64,000 bases of DNA from positions 45,421 through 109,420 of the forward strand of contig JBAYQP010000003.1 in NCBI GenBank assembly GCA_041677125.1. The letters run 5' to 3'. Shown piece after piece: positions 11,974 through 20,757 of this stretch. This DNA comes from Desulfuromonadales bacterium. GTDB taxonomy: Bacteria; Desulfobacterota; Desulfuromonadia; Desulfuromonadales; JACZKF01. Both the position numbers and the translations under genes were made by a program. The first letter of the stretch is position 1; the number at the start of each line of letters is the position of its first letter. The notes under the pieces are model-generated. The model had not been told where the DNA came from. It did not search any database and was given only the letters and a program-made list of their open reading frames with translations.

Positions 11974-13101
11974 ATGAAAACGGAACGCCCTGCCCGCATC
12001 CAGGACCTGGTCGGCATCCTCAATGCCCTGTATCCGCCCGCCTTTGCCGAATCGTGGGACAATGTCGGCCTGCATATCGGTGATCCCGCCGCGCCACTGA
12101 ACCGTGTTCTGCTCTGTCTGGATCCCTCCGAGATGGCCCTGAACGCGGCGCGGGCGGCCGGGGCCGAGGCGATACTGACGCACCATCCGCTTATCTTCAA
12201 TCCACTGAAAAATATTACTTCCGGCAACGAAACCGGACGCCTGGTGTTGGCCGCCGCCCGCGCCGGAATCGCCGTCATCTGCGCCCACACCAATCTCGAT
12301 CGGGCGCCGAATGGCCTGAACGACTGGCTCGCCGCCCTCTTGGGGGTGCCGGCGGCGCTTCCCCTGGCCGCCGGGGACGACGCGTTGCTGAAGCTGGTCG
12401 TTTTCGTTCCCGCAGGGTATGAGGATACGGTTGCCGAAGCGATGTTCAAGGGTGGCGCCGGGCAGATCGGCGGCTATGATCGTTGTTCGTTCCAGAGCGC
12501 CGGCATCGGCACGTTCCGCCCCGGCGAAAAGAGCCGCCCCTTCCTCGGCCGCAGCGGAGAGATGGAGCGCGCCAGCGAGGTGCGCCTGGAAACCATCGTG
12601 CCCCGGCATCGCCTGCACCGCACCCTCGAGAATATGCGCAAAGCGCATCCGTACGAGGAGGTCGCCTACGACCTTCTCCCCCTGTCCAACCAGCGGCCCG
12701 ATATGGGTCTGGGGCGCATCGGCCGGCTGCCCGAGGCAACCACCCTTGAGCTGTTCGCCGAGCGGGTGAAGACGTCCCTCGGCGCCGCCAGCCTGCGCCT
12801 GGTGGGAGAACCACAGGCGCGGATTGCCAAAGTCGCATTATGCGGCGGCAGCGGCGCCTCGTTGCTTGCCGAAGCGATTCGCCAGGGGGCCGATGTCCTG
12901 GTCACCGGCGACCTCAAATATCACGAGGCGCGCAGTGCGCAGGCGCAGGGACTGGCGCTGATCGATGCCGGTCACTTCGCCACCGAGCACCTGATGGTGC
13001 GGGGATTGGCCCAGGTGCTGCGCGACGAAATCCCCCGGCGTGGACTCGCCATGGAAATCATCGAAATGGAAGGGGAAACAGAGCCGTTCAGGGTTTTCTG
13101 A
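11974..13101 (+). CDS. Nif3-like dinuclear metal center protein (long form with inserted PII-like domain)
   Basis: N-terminal AESWDNVGL, ILTHHPLIF, C-terminal DAGHFATEH. 375 aa. Confidence 0.85.
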   Translation: MKTERPARIQDLVGILNALYPPAFAESWDNVGLHIGDPAAPLNRVLLCLDPSEMALNAARAAGAEAILTHHPLIFNPLKNITSGNETGRLVLAAARAGIAVICAHTNLDRAPNGLNDWLAALLGVPAALPLAAGDDALLKLVVFVPAGYEDTVAEAMFKGGAGQIGGYDRCSFQSAGIGTFRPGEKSRPFLGRSGEMERASEVRLETIVPRHRLHRTLENMRKAHPYEEVAYDLLPLSNQRPDMGLGRIGRLPEATTLELFAERVKTSLGAASLRLVGEPQARIAKVALCGGSGASLLAEAIRQGADVLVTGDLKYHEARSAQAQGLALIDAGHFATEHLMVRGLAQVLRDEIPRRGLAMEIIEMEGETEPFRVF

Positions 13102-13166
13102 TTCCCCTTTTCCTTTGCCGGCTCCCGAGCCGACGGTCATAACGGAAACCGCATGGAGGCGTAAAA

Positions 13167-13877
13167 GTGCAAGACAAAATTTCGCTGCTCAAGGATTTGC
13201 AGGGGCTGGACCAGGAATTGAATCATCTCGTTCAGGGACACCAAAAACTGGAGATCGAGAACAAAGCCCTGCAGGACGAACTGGACCGGGTGCAGTCCAT
13301 GGTGGATGGTCTGGCGGCGGAAATCGAGCAACTGCAGGCGCAGCAGCGCGAGCTGAGCCAGGGGCTTGCCCTGGAGCAGGAAAACGTGAAAAAGGCCGAG
13401 GGCCGGCTGCCGGCGATCAAAACCCAGAAGGAATACGTGGCGGTACTCAAGGAAATTGATACCGCCAAAAAAGTGAATAAGGATCTTCTTGATCGGATCG
13501 AGGAAAAAACGGGGGAAATCGATGCCCTCAATCGCGACCGGGAAGAGAAGGAGAGCGAACTCGCCACGGTCGGTAGCCGGGTGCGGGAACGACAGGGAGA
13601 GATCGCCGCAGCGTGGGGCGAAGATGAAAAAAAAGTCGCGGTAAAAAGTAAGCAGCGGGACGCTCTTCTCGAGCAGCTGCCCCTTCCTTTGCGCAAGCGC
13701 TACCAACTGCTGATGGAGCGACGGGGCGGCGTCGCCGTCGTCGAAGCCCGCAACGGCGCCTGTCTCGGCTGCAACATGCAGCTGCCGCCGCAGCTTTACA
13801 ACAGTCTGTTTCGCGCCGGGGAAATGCAGAGCTGTCCGCATTGCAGCCGCCTGCTTTTCGTCCTGCCCTCCGCTTGA
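13167..13877 (+). CDS. Coiled-coil plus C4 zinc-ribbon protein (COG1579-type)
   Basis: Long heptad-like coiled coil. C-terminal CLGCNMQLPPQ...CPHC. Usual neighbour of Nif3. Confidence 0.75.
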   Translation: MQDKISLLKDLQGLDQELNHLVQGHQKLEIENKALQDELDRVQSMVDGLAAEIEQLQAQQRELSQGLALEQENVKKAEGRLPAIKTQKEYVAVLKEIDTAKKVNKDLLDRIEEKTGEIDALNRDREEKESELATVGSRVRERQGEIAAAWGEDEKKVAVKSKQRDALLEQLPLPLRKRYQLLMERRGGVAVVEARNGACLGCNMQLPPQLYNSLFRAGEMQSCPHCSRLLFVLPSA

Positions 13878-13926
13878 GAGGCGACCGGGGTTTCGCCCCG
13901 GGCGCGGCCGGTATATAATTGAGTGT

Positions 13927-14317
13927 GGTCGGAGAAGGACAGATGATCGCCGCCCGCCGTAACGGCGGGGGGAGGAAAGTCCGGGCACCGAAGGGCAGGA
14001 TGGTCCTTAACGGGGACCGGGGGCGACCCCAGGGAAAGTGCCACAGAAAGCAGACCGTCTGCCGAAGCTTCGGCGAAGGCAGATAAGGGTGAAACGGTGA
14101 GGTAAGAGCTCACCAGTTCCGGCGGTGACGTCGGAAGCTCGGCAAACCCCATCCGGTGCAAGGCCAAATAGGGGAGCGTTTGAGGGCGGCCCGTCCGAAG
14201 CTCCCGGGTTCGGCTGCTTGAGGCCGTCGGCAACGGCGGTCCTAGAGGAATGATCATCGCCCCGCCAGCGGGTAACCGGGGCGGGGAACAGGACCCGGCT
14301 TACGGCCTTCTCCGGCC
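13927..14317 (+). ncRNA. rnpB: RNase P RNA, bacterial type A
   Basis: Conserved blocks GGAGGAAAGTCCGGGC, ACAGAAAGCAGACC, AGATAAGGGTGAAA, GGTAAGAGCTCACCAG, GCAAACCCCATCCGGTGCAAG, ACAGGACCCGGCTTAC. P1 pairing is 13927-13938 with 14306-14317. Ends approximate. Confidence 0.85.
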
Positions 14318-14329
14318 ACTTTTTCCCGC

Positions 14330-14356
14330 AAAACGGCGCGCCCGGCGCGCCGTTTT
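14330..14356. terminator. Bidirectional rho-independent terminator
   Basis: AAAACGGCGCG (14330-14340) pairs with CGCGCCGTTTT (14346-14356). Lies between rnpB (+) and the cco-associated operon (-). Confidence 0.65.
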
Positions 14357-14377
14357 CATTCCCCCCCCGCGTTGTCC

Positions 14378-15049
14378 TCAGAACATCCGCAGGTGTCGCC
14401 AAAGGTTCCAGGCGCCGATGCAGATCACCATCACCCCGGCGCTGCGCACCATCCAGAGCCGTCCGCGCTGCCCCAGCCATTGCGCCAATCCGCCAACGAT
14501 CAGCAGCCCCGGCAGCGTTCCCAGCCCGAAGGCGAGCATTACCCCGGCCCCCGACCAGGGCGCGCCGCTCTGCGCGGCGGCAAGGGCCATGGCGTAGAGA
14601 AAACCGCAGGGGATGAAACCGAGCACCAAGCCAAGAGTAAGGGCGGAAAAGGGCGCCGGCAACCGGCGCAGGCGGCCGGCGAAAGAGCCGAGCAGGCGCA
14701 CGGCTCCCGGGAATTCGAAATGCAGCAGGGCGAGGCGCGACCAGACGCCGGCGCTTGCCAGCCCGACCATGATGACAAAGAGATCCGAGCCGAGGAGCAG
14801 GTAAAGGGTGTACGGCCGCACCGAGGAGCGCAGGACGAGTGCCGAACCGAGCCAGCCGACGCCCCAGCCGATCAGGGTGTAGGTGAGCAGGCGTCCCAGA
14901 TGATAGAGGACCGGAAACAGGGCGCCGGCGCGGCGTCCTTCGGCGGAAAGGGAGAGGGCGGAGATAATACCGCCGCACATGCCGAGGCAATGGCCGGTGC
15001 CGAGAAGACCCGTCAACAAGGCCATGCCGAAAAGAGGTTCAGTCGTCAT
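14378..15049 (-). CDS. TauE/SafE-like (DsbD-superfamily) membrane protein associated with cbb3 assembly genes
   Basis: Polytopic membrane protein with a GHCLGMCGG motif. Overlaps the ccoS stop by 11 nt. Confidence 0.7.
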   Translation of the reverse strand: MTTEPLFGMALLTGLLGTGHCLGMCGGIISALSLSAEGRRAGALFPVLYHLGRLLTYTLIGWGVGWLGSALVLRSSVRPYTLYLLLGSDLFVIMVGLASAGVWSRLALLHFEFPGAVRLLGSFAGRLRRLPAPFSALTLGLVLGFIPCGFLYAMALAAAQSGAPWSGAGVMLAFGLGTLPGLLIVGGLAQWLGQRGRLWMVRSAGVMVICIGAWNLWRHLRMF

Positions 15050-15227
15050 CGTTTACTCCGGGGCCTGGCCCAGTTTGGGGAAAATCAGCGTCCTCCTCCA
15101 GCATGCGATGCTTCGGCCCCTCCATGTCGTCGAATTCCCCCTTGCGCACCGCCCAGAGGAAAACCAGCCAGACGCCGGCACCAAGGAAGAGGGAGAGGAT
15201 AATGAGGATCAGGGTCGATTGCAGCAT
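15039..15227 (-). CDS. ccoS: cbb3-type cytochrome oxidase assembly protein CcoS/FixS
   Basis: 62 aa: MLQSTLILIILSLFLGAGVWLVFLWAVRKGEFDDMEGPKHRMLEED. It is the C-terminal part of a longer artefactual track ORF (15039-15656). ATG at 15227. Confidence 0.8.
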   Translation of the reverse strand: MLQSTLILIILSLFLGAGVWLVFLWAVRKGEFDDMEGPKHRMLEEDADFPQTGPGPGVNDDD

Positions 15228-15238
15228 GGGAACAGGTT

Positions 15239-17713
15239 TCAGGATTGAGGTTTCTGGTTGGAAGTGGGTTTTTCCTCGCCGATGCGCGTAACCGGACACC
15301 GCGCCAAACGCAGCGAATTGCCGACCACGCAGATCGAACTCAGGGCCATGGCGGCGGCGGCGTGAATGGGCGCCAACCGGCCGCTGGCCGCCAGCGGCAA
15401 TGCCAGCAGGTTGTAAAAAAACGCCCAGAACAGGTTCTGGCGGATAATGGTCAAGGTGCGTCGGGCCAGTGCCGTTGCTTCCGCCAGCAGCGTCAGGTCG
15501 GGGCGGGTCAATATCAGATCGGCGTTTTCCAGCGCGATATCGGTGCTGCCGGCGAGCGAGCAGCCGACATCGGCTTCGGCCAGGGCCGGCGCATCGTTGA
15601 TGCCATCGCCGACCATGAGCACGGTTTCCCCGGCGCGGCGCGCTTCGGCTATCCACAGCGCCTTGCCGGCCGGATCGAGGTTGGCATGCGCCTCCGCCAG
15701 GCGCACTTGCCGCAGCAGGCGTTCGGCGGCAACCTCGGTGTCGCCGGTAAGCAGAACGGTGCGCACGCCCGACCGCCGTAGCGCCTCCAAACAGGCGCCG
15801 GCCTGGGGCCGCGGGCGGTCTTCGAGAAGCAGGCAGCCGAGGTAACGGGTTCCTTGCGTCACGTGCACCTCGGTGCCTGCCGACGGCGTCGCGGGGACGG
15901 GCAAACCGTTGCGGCGCAGAAATTCGCGGCTGCCGATATAGACCGCTTCCCCGTCCTCTTCCCTTTGGTAGAGCACCCCGAGACCAGCCTGGGCGGTGCG
16001 CTTGCCGGCGGTTTCGATGGGCAGCCGCCGCCCCTGCGCTTCGGCGACTATCGCCTGCGCCAAGGGGTGCAGCGAGCCGATCTCGGCGCCGGCCGCCTTG
16101 CCCAGCAACTCGGCAGCGGAGACACCGACAGCGGGTTGCACGGCGACGATTTCGGGGCGCCCCTCGGTCAGGGTTCCGGTTTTGTCGAAAGCGGCCGTGG
16201 TGAGCCGACCGGTCGCCTCCAGGATATCGCCGCCGCGAAACAGGATGCCGCGCCCGGCGGCCGCTCCACTGGCGACCAGGATGGCGGTGGGCGTCGCCAG
16301 GCCGAGGGCGCAGGGGCAGGCCACCACCAGCACCGCCACCGCCGCCAGCCAGGGCTGAACCAGCGGATCGGGAACCAGGCGCCAGTACAACCAGGCGCCG
16401 GCCGCCAGCAGGGCGACGGCCGGCACGAAGAAAGCCGCCACCCGGTCCGCCAGACGCTGCACCGGCGCCCGGCGCATCTGCGCCTCCTCCACCAGCCGGG
16501 CCACCCGGGCGACGAACGATTCGGCCGCCGTCGCGGCCACCCGCACCAGCAAAACGCCGTCGAGGTTGACCGTGCCCGCGCGGATCATCTCACCCGGCCG
16601 GCGGCGAACCGGAAAGGCTTCCCCGGTGACCGCCGCCTCGTCGATCTGCCCCTCCCCTTCGATGATTTCCCCATCCACGGCGAAGCGCTCCCCCGGGCGC
16701 ACCCGGATGCGATCGTCCACCGCCAGTTGCGCGCTGGCGACCTCCTCGCTGCCGTCGGCAGTCACCCGCTGCGCCGTTTCAGGCGCCAGGCGCAGCAGCC
16801 GGTCGACCCCGGCGCCGGCGCGCTGGCGGGCGCCGCTTTCGAGCAGGCGGCCGGCCAGAATCAGGGTGACGATCATCGCCGCCGTGTCGAAATAGATCTC
16901 GCCGCCGACCAGCAGGGCGTGCAGGCTAACGCCGTAGGCGGCGAGCACGCCGAGCGCGATCAGCAACTCCATGTCGGGCCGGCCGTTGCGCAGGCTGCGC
17001 CAGGCGCCGCGCAGAAACGGCGCGCCGCCGTAAAAGACCACCGGGGTCGCCGCCACGGCGGCGAAGCCGTGCAGCAACGCCTTGGTCTGTGCATCGATGC
17101 CGCTGAAATAGCCGGCGTACAGGGCCAGCGAGTAGCCCATGAGCTGCATGGAAAAGAAAAAAGCGGTGCCGAAACGAATGAGCAGCGAATGCCGCTCCTG
17201 TTGCGCCCGGCGCTGCGCCAGATCGGCGCCGAGGGGACGCGGCCGATAGCCGAGGCGCACCACGGCGGCGAAAATCTGCGCCGGGTCGCTGCGGTCGGGA
17301 GCGAACCGGATGGCGGCCCGCTGGGTGCCGTAATTGAGACGCGCCTCCAGCACCCCATCGAGGCGGGCGAGCAGGGTTTCAATGACCCAGATGCAGGAGG
17401 CGCAGCGGATCCCCTCGATATGGAACAGCAGCCGCGCGGAGCCGTCTGGTTCGGGGGTGACGAAATGCTGCAGATGGGCGGCATTGAATTCCTCGCGAAA
17501 GGCGCCTTCCGGCAGTCCCGTCTGCGTTAGGGTGCGATTTATGTAATAGCCGCCCAGGCCCGCTTCGCGCAGAATGTGCCAGGCGCCGCGGCAACCGACG
17601 CAGCAGAAAAATGTTCGTTCGGCCCCCTCTCCGGCGCAGATCGGCGCCCCCGGCGGCAGCGGCAGGCCGCAATGCGCGCACACGGCGCCGGGGGTGGCGG
17701 CGAAAAAAGGCAT
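15239..17713 (-). CDS. ccoI: Heavy-metal (Cu) translocating P-type ATPase CcoI/FixI
   Basis: N-terminal Cys-rich CAHCG...CCVGC, HMA-like IEGIRCASC, CPC motif (VVACPCALG), DKTGTLT, GDGINDAP. Confidence 0.9.
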   Translation of the reverse strand: MPFFAATPGAVCAHCGLPLPPGAPICAGEGAERTFFCCVGCRGAWHILREAGLGGYYINRTLTQTGLPEGAFREEFNAAHLQHFVTPEPDGSARLLFHIEGIRCASCIWVIETLLARLDGVLEARLNYGTQRAAIRFAPDRSDPAQIFAAVVRLGYRPRPLGADLAQRRAQQERHSLLIRFGTAFFFSMQLMGYSLALYAGYFSGIDAQTKALLHGFAAVAATPVVFYGGAPFLRGAWRSLRNGRPDMELLIALGVLAAYGVSLHALLVGGEIYFDTAAMIVTLILAGRLLESGARQRAGAGVDRLLRLAPETAQRVTADGSEEVASAQLAVDDRIRVRPGERFAVDGEIIEGEGQIDEAAVTGEAFPVRRRPGEMIRAGTVNLDGVLLVRVAATAAESFVARVARLVEEAQMRRAPVQRLADRVAAFFVPAVALLAAGAWLYWRLVPDPLVQPWLAAVAVLVVACPCALGLATPTAILVASGAAAGRGILFRGGDILEATGRLTTAAFDKTGTLTEGRPEIVAVQPAVGVSAAELLGKAAGAEIGSLHPLAQAIVAEAQGRRLPIETAGKRTAQAGLGVLYQREEDGEAVYIGSREFLRRNGLPVPATPSAGTEVHVTQGTRYLGCLLLEDRPRPQAGACLEALRRSGVRTVLLTGDTEVAAERLLRQVRLAEAHANLDPAGKALWIAEARRAGETVLMVGDGINDAPALAEADVGCSLAGSTDIALENADLILTRPDLTLLAEATALARRTLTIIRQNLFWAFFYNLLALPLAASGRLAPIHAAAAMALSSICVVGNSLRLARCPVTRIGEEKPTSNQKPQS

Positions 17714-17719
17714 CGAAAA

Positions 17720-17899
17720 TCAGCCCGCCTGTGGCAGCGCGGCGGCATCGGCCGCCGGCGGATAGGCGCCCACCGGCGCACTGACATCGTGGGCGGCGCG
17801 GTAGACCGACCAGGAGGAAAGGGCCAGGAAAAAGCCGGCGAGGACGAAAAGGAGCAGCGGCCAGCGGTTGGCGGCGGATTTGCGCGGTTCATTGGTCAT
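17720..17899 (-). CDS. Small single-TM protein in the CcoH/FixH position
   Basis: 59-aa ORF below the track cutoff: MTNEPRKSAANRWPLLLFVLAGFFLALSSWSVYRAAHDVSAPVGAYPPAADAAALPQAG. GGAGA RBS, high GC3. Overlaps the ccoG stop and ends 6 nt before the ccoI start. Confidence 0.45.
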   Translation of the reverse strand: MTNEPRKSAANRWPLLLFVLAGFFLALSSWSVYRAAHDVSAPVGAYPPAADAAALPQAG

Positions 17900-19166
17900 G
17901 AGGGTCTCCAGCCGGCGGCGGGATCAGCCGGGCTTCGGCTTCGGCAAGGGATTTGCCGCTCGCATCGCGCAGCAGCAGGCGCAGGGTGGTGCGCGGCGCC
18001 CCGGCCGGGCGCACGACGCTGAAATCGAGGCGGCGTCGCTCGCCGGGTTGCAGCAGAATATCGTCGATCGGTCCAAGCAGCAGAAGAGGCCGCCCCGCAG
18101 CGTCCAGCCCGACCAGGGACAGGCGCGTCGCCTGCCGTTGCCGGTTGCCGGCGACCACGCTGAAGAGGTTGACCGAGCGGCCGTCGGCGAGGATGCGCAC
18201 CGGCGCGGCGGCGGGGCGTTCGACCTTGAGGGTGGCCGGAGTGCGGCTGGCGATGGCAAAAATGAGCACCGCGCCGGCGGTGAGAAACGCGAGGGCGAGA
18301 AAAAGCATCCGGCTGTTGAGCAGCGCCCGGGGACCGCGGTCGTCCAGGCCGAAGGTGTAGCGGATAATCCCGGTTTGCCGGCGAGCCGCCATCACCCGGC
18401 GGCAGGCGTCGAGACAGCGGCCGCAATTGATGCATTCGATCTGATAACCCGCGCGGATATCGATTCCCGTGGGGCAGGAACGGACGCAGGCGCCGCAGCG
18501 GATGCAGCGCGGGGCCGCGTCGGGGTGAAACCGCAGGGTCAGGGTGCCGGCATCGACCAGGGCGCTCTGAAAGCGGCCGTAAGGGCAGATTTCCCGGCAC
18601 AGCAGCCGCCGGACGAAAACCAGATCGAGGAAAACCGGAATGGCGACCAGGGCGAGAAACCACAGCCCCGCGGGCGGCAAGGTTCCCTGGAGCAGGGCCG
18701 GAAAAAAGGCGTAAGGGGAAATGAAATACCAGAGCAGGTTGCAGGCGACCAGCAGCGCCAGGACGGCGGAAAAACCGTGCAGCAGCAGTTTTTGCCCACC
18801 GGTTGCCGCCATCCGGCCGGCGCTCGCCTTGCAACCGAGCCGGCGGGCGAACCAGTCGCCGAGATCGGTCAGGATCGTCTGCGGGCAGCCCCAACCGCAC
18901 CAGAGGCGGCCGCAGACGAGGGTAACCAGCAGAAACAGCAAAATCAGCAAAATGCCGGCAAGCAGCAGCAGGTACAGCTCGTCGATAGCAAAGGCGCGGC
19001 CGCCGAGAAAAAGAGAGAGGGTCGGCAGATCGATGCGCAGCAAAGAACCGCCGTCAACGCGGACGAAGGGAATCAGCAGCAGGGTCAGGGTAAGCAGTCC
19101 CTGACAGAAATTGCGCCAGGGGGCAAGCAAATGAGGCCCTTTCTCTGCTGCCGATTGGTCTTTCAT
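17889..19166 (-). CDS. ccoG: Cytochrome c oxidase accessory protein CcoG/FixG (4Fe-4S)
   Basis: TM segments plus two ferredoxin motifs, CIRCGACVRSCP and CINCGRCLDAC. C-terminal Ig-like region. Confidence 0.85.
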   Translation of the reverse strand: MKDQSAAEKGPHLLAPWRNFCQGLLTLTLLLIPFVRVDGGSLLRIDLPTLSLFLGGRAFAIDELYLLLLAGILLILLFLLVTLVCGRLWCGWGCPQTILTDLGDWFARRLGCKASAGRMAATGGQKLLLHGFSAVLALLVACNLLWYFISPYAFFPALLQGTLPPAGLWFLALVAIPVFLDLVFVRRLLCREICPYGRFQSALVDAGTLTLRFHPDAAPRCIRCGACVRSCPTGIDIRAGYQIECINCGRCLDACRRVMAARRQTGIIRYTFGLDDRGPRALLNSRMLFLALAFLTAGAVLIFAIASRTPATLKVERPAAAPVRILADGRSVNLFSVVAGNRQRQATRLSLVGLDAAGRPLLLLGPIDDILLQPGERRRLDFSVVRPAGAPRTTLRLLLRDASGKSLAEAEARLIPPPAGDPHDQ

Positions 19167-19182
19167 GGTCGCGAGCCGGTCC

Positions 19183-19710
19183 CTAGCGGGCCGGGTTCAG
19201 CGACCGGATGTAAGAAGCCAACGCGGCGACCTGCTCGGCGGAAAACTGGTTGCCGAAAGCGGGCATTCCCCCCGGCCGGCCATCGGCAATGCTGCTTTGC
19301 ACCGAAGCCGGATCGTTGCCATAGCTGTACTCTGCGGCCGCCAGGGCCGGACCGATGCCCCCTTCACCCGCCGCGCCGTGGCAGGCGAGGCAATTTTCCG
19401 CGTACAGTTTGGCGGCGCTGGCGCGAAGCTTCTCCGGGTCGGCGGCTACCGCTGCAACGCCTGCGCTGCCACCGGCCGCCTGCTGCGCTTGCACCTGTTG
19501 CCGATGTGCGTCCAGGTCCTGCCGGAATTCCTCCTGCGAACTCCAGCCGCTGAACAAATAATAGGCGAGGAACAAAACGGCCCAGAGAATCAAACCGTAA
19601 AACAAAAAGGCGAAATAGCGCGGCACCGGATTGCTGCGCAGCTCAATCGGGCTGTCGAAATCGTGTGCGGCCTGCGGATGCTTCTCTTTGGGCTGTTCGA
19701 GCATGGTCAT
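19183..19710 (-). CDS. ccoP: cbb3 oxidase subunit CcoP-like, monoheme
   Basis: N-terminal FDSPIELRSNPVPRYF plus TM as in CcoP. Only one CXXCH (CLACH). ATG at 19710 with AGGAGAG RBS. The track start at 19812 overlaps ccoQ. Confidence 0.75.
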   Translation of the reverse strand: MTMLEQPKEKHPQAAHDFDSPIELRSNPVPRYFAFLFYGLILWAVLFLAYYLFSGWSSQEEFRQDLDAHRQQVQAQQAAGGSAGVAAVAADPEKLRASAAKLYAENCLACHGAAGEGGIGPALAAAEYSYGNDPASVQSSIADGRPGGMPAFGNQFSAEQVAALASYIRSLNPAR

Positions 19711-19726
19711 GGCGGCGGCTCTCCTG

Positions 19727-19867
19727 TCAATCGTCATCGAAAATGCGGTGCTTCGGCTCTTCCAGACGGTCCCTGCGGCGGCGGCTGCAGGTATAGCCGA
19801 CGATGGCCGCAAAGACCAGGAAAAGCCCGCCGGTCACCGCCAGATATAGATAGCCCGGCGCATCCAT
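19727..19867 (-). CDS. ccoQ: CcoQ/FixQ-like small membrane subunit
   Basis: 46-aa ORF below the track cutoff: MDAPGYLYLAVTGGLFLVFAAIVGYTCSRRRRDRLEEPKHRIFDDD. TGATG overlap with ccoO. Confidence 0.55.
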   Translation of the reverse strand: MDAPGYLYLAVTGGLFLVFAAIVGYTCSRRRRDRLEEPKHRIFDDD

Positions 19868-20742
19868 CAAGGCGCTCCGGACTGCAGCCAGGCAACGATT
19901 TTCCAGACCTTTTCCCGTCCGAGGCTGGCGAAGGGCGGCATGCCGCCTTCCTCGACGCCTTGCGCGATCACCGCGAACAGATCGGCGTCATCCCAGCCGC
20001 CGGCCGGCAGGTCCGGGCCGATGCCGCCGCTGCGATCGGCGCCGTGACAGCCGGCGCAATGCTCCTGATACAGCGCAGCGCCGGCGGCGACAGCGGTCGC
20101 ATCGCCGGTGAAGGGATTGGCGGTTTCGACGGGGGCGGCGCTCTTCGCCGCCGCCTGCCGCCAGGGGATGTCATTGCCGAGCTTCTGCAGGTAGGCGACC
20201 ATCGCGTCCATCTCGTTCTTGCCGCCCAGAGCGACGATCTGCCCTTCCTCGAAGGGGAAATCGAGAACAACCATGCCGCGGCGGATGACCTCGCTCTTGA
20301 GCGGGCGCGCCGTTAGGAAGGCGTAGGCGGGCATGTTCGAGCGCGGCACGATGCTCTGCGGCGCGGTCATATGCTGAATGTGCCAGGCGTCCGGATATTT
20401 GCCGCCGATGCGGGCCAGATCGGGGCCGGTGCGCCGCGATCCCCACAGGTGCGGCCGGTCGTAGACGAATTCACCGGCTTTGGAGTAATCGCCGTAGCGC
20501 GCCACCTCGGCAACGAGCGGCCGCACGGTCTGCGTGTGGCAGTTATTGCAGCCCTCGCGGATATAAACGTCGCGCCCGGCCAGTTCGAGGGGCGTGTAGG
20601 GCTTGACGCCCTCGATGCGGTCCTCCGCCGTGTTGACCCAGGCGAAGGGGAGCACCATGGTGACGATGGTGCCGACCAGGATAGCGGCCGTGGCCAGCAG
20701 CAGAAAGACGACGGGTTTCTTTTCCCAAAAGGGTGCGGACAT
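19867..20742 (-). CDS. ccoO: cbb3 oxidase subunit CcoO with an extra C-terminal monoheme cytochrome c domain
   Basis: CcoO core (GRDVYIREGCNNCHTQ, YDRPHLWGSRRTGPDL) plus a second CXXCH (CAGCH...GGMPPF) in the last ~90 aa. 291 aa. Confidence 0.85.
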   Translation of the reverse strand: MSAPFWEKKPVVFLLLATAAILVGTIVTMVLPFAWVNTAEDRIEGVKPYTPLELAGRDVYIREGCNNCHTQTVRPLVAEVARYGDYSKAGEFVYDRPHLWGSRRTGPDLARIGGKYPDAWHIQHMTAPQSIVPRSNMPAYAFLTARPLKSEVIRRGMVVLDFPFEEGQIVALGGKNEMDAMVAYLQKLGNDIPWRQAAAKSAAPVETANPFTGDATAVAAGAALYQEHCAGCHGADRSGGIGPDLPAGGWDDADLFAVIAQGVEEGGMPPFASLGREKVWKIVAWLQSGAP

Positions 20743-20757
20743 CGTATCCCTCCTCTC

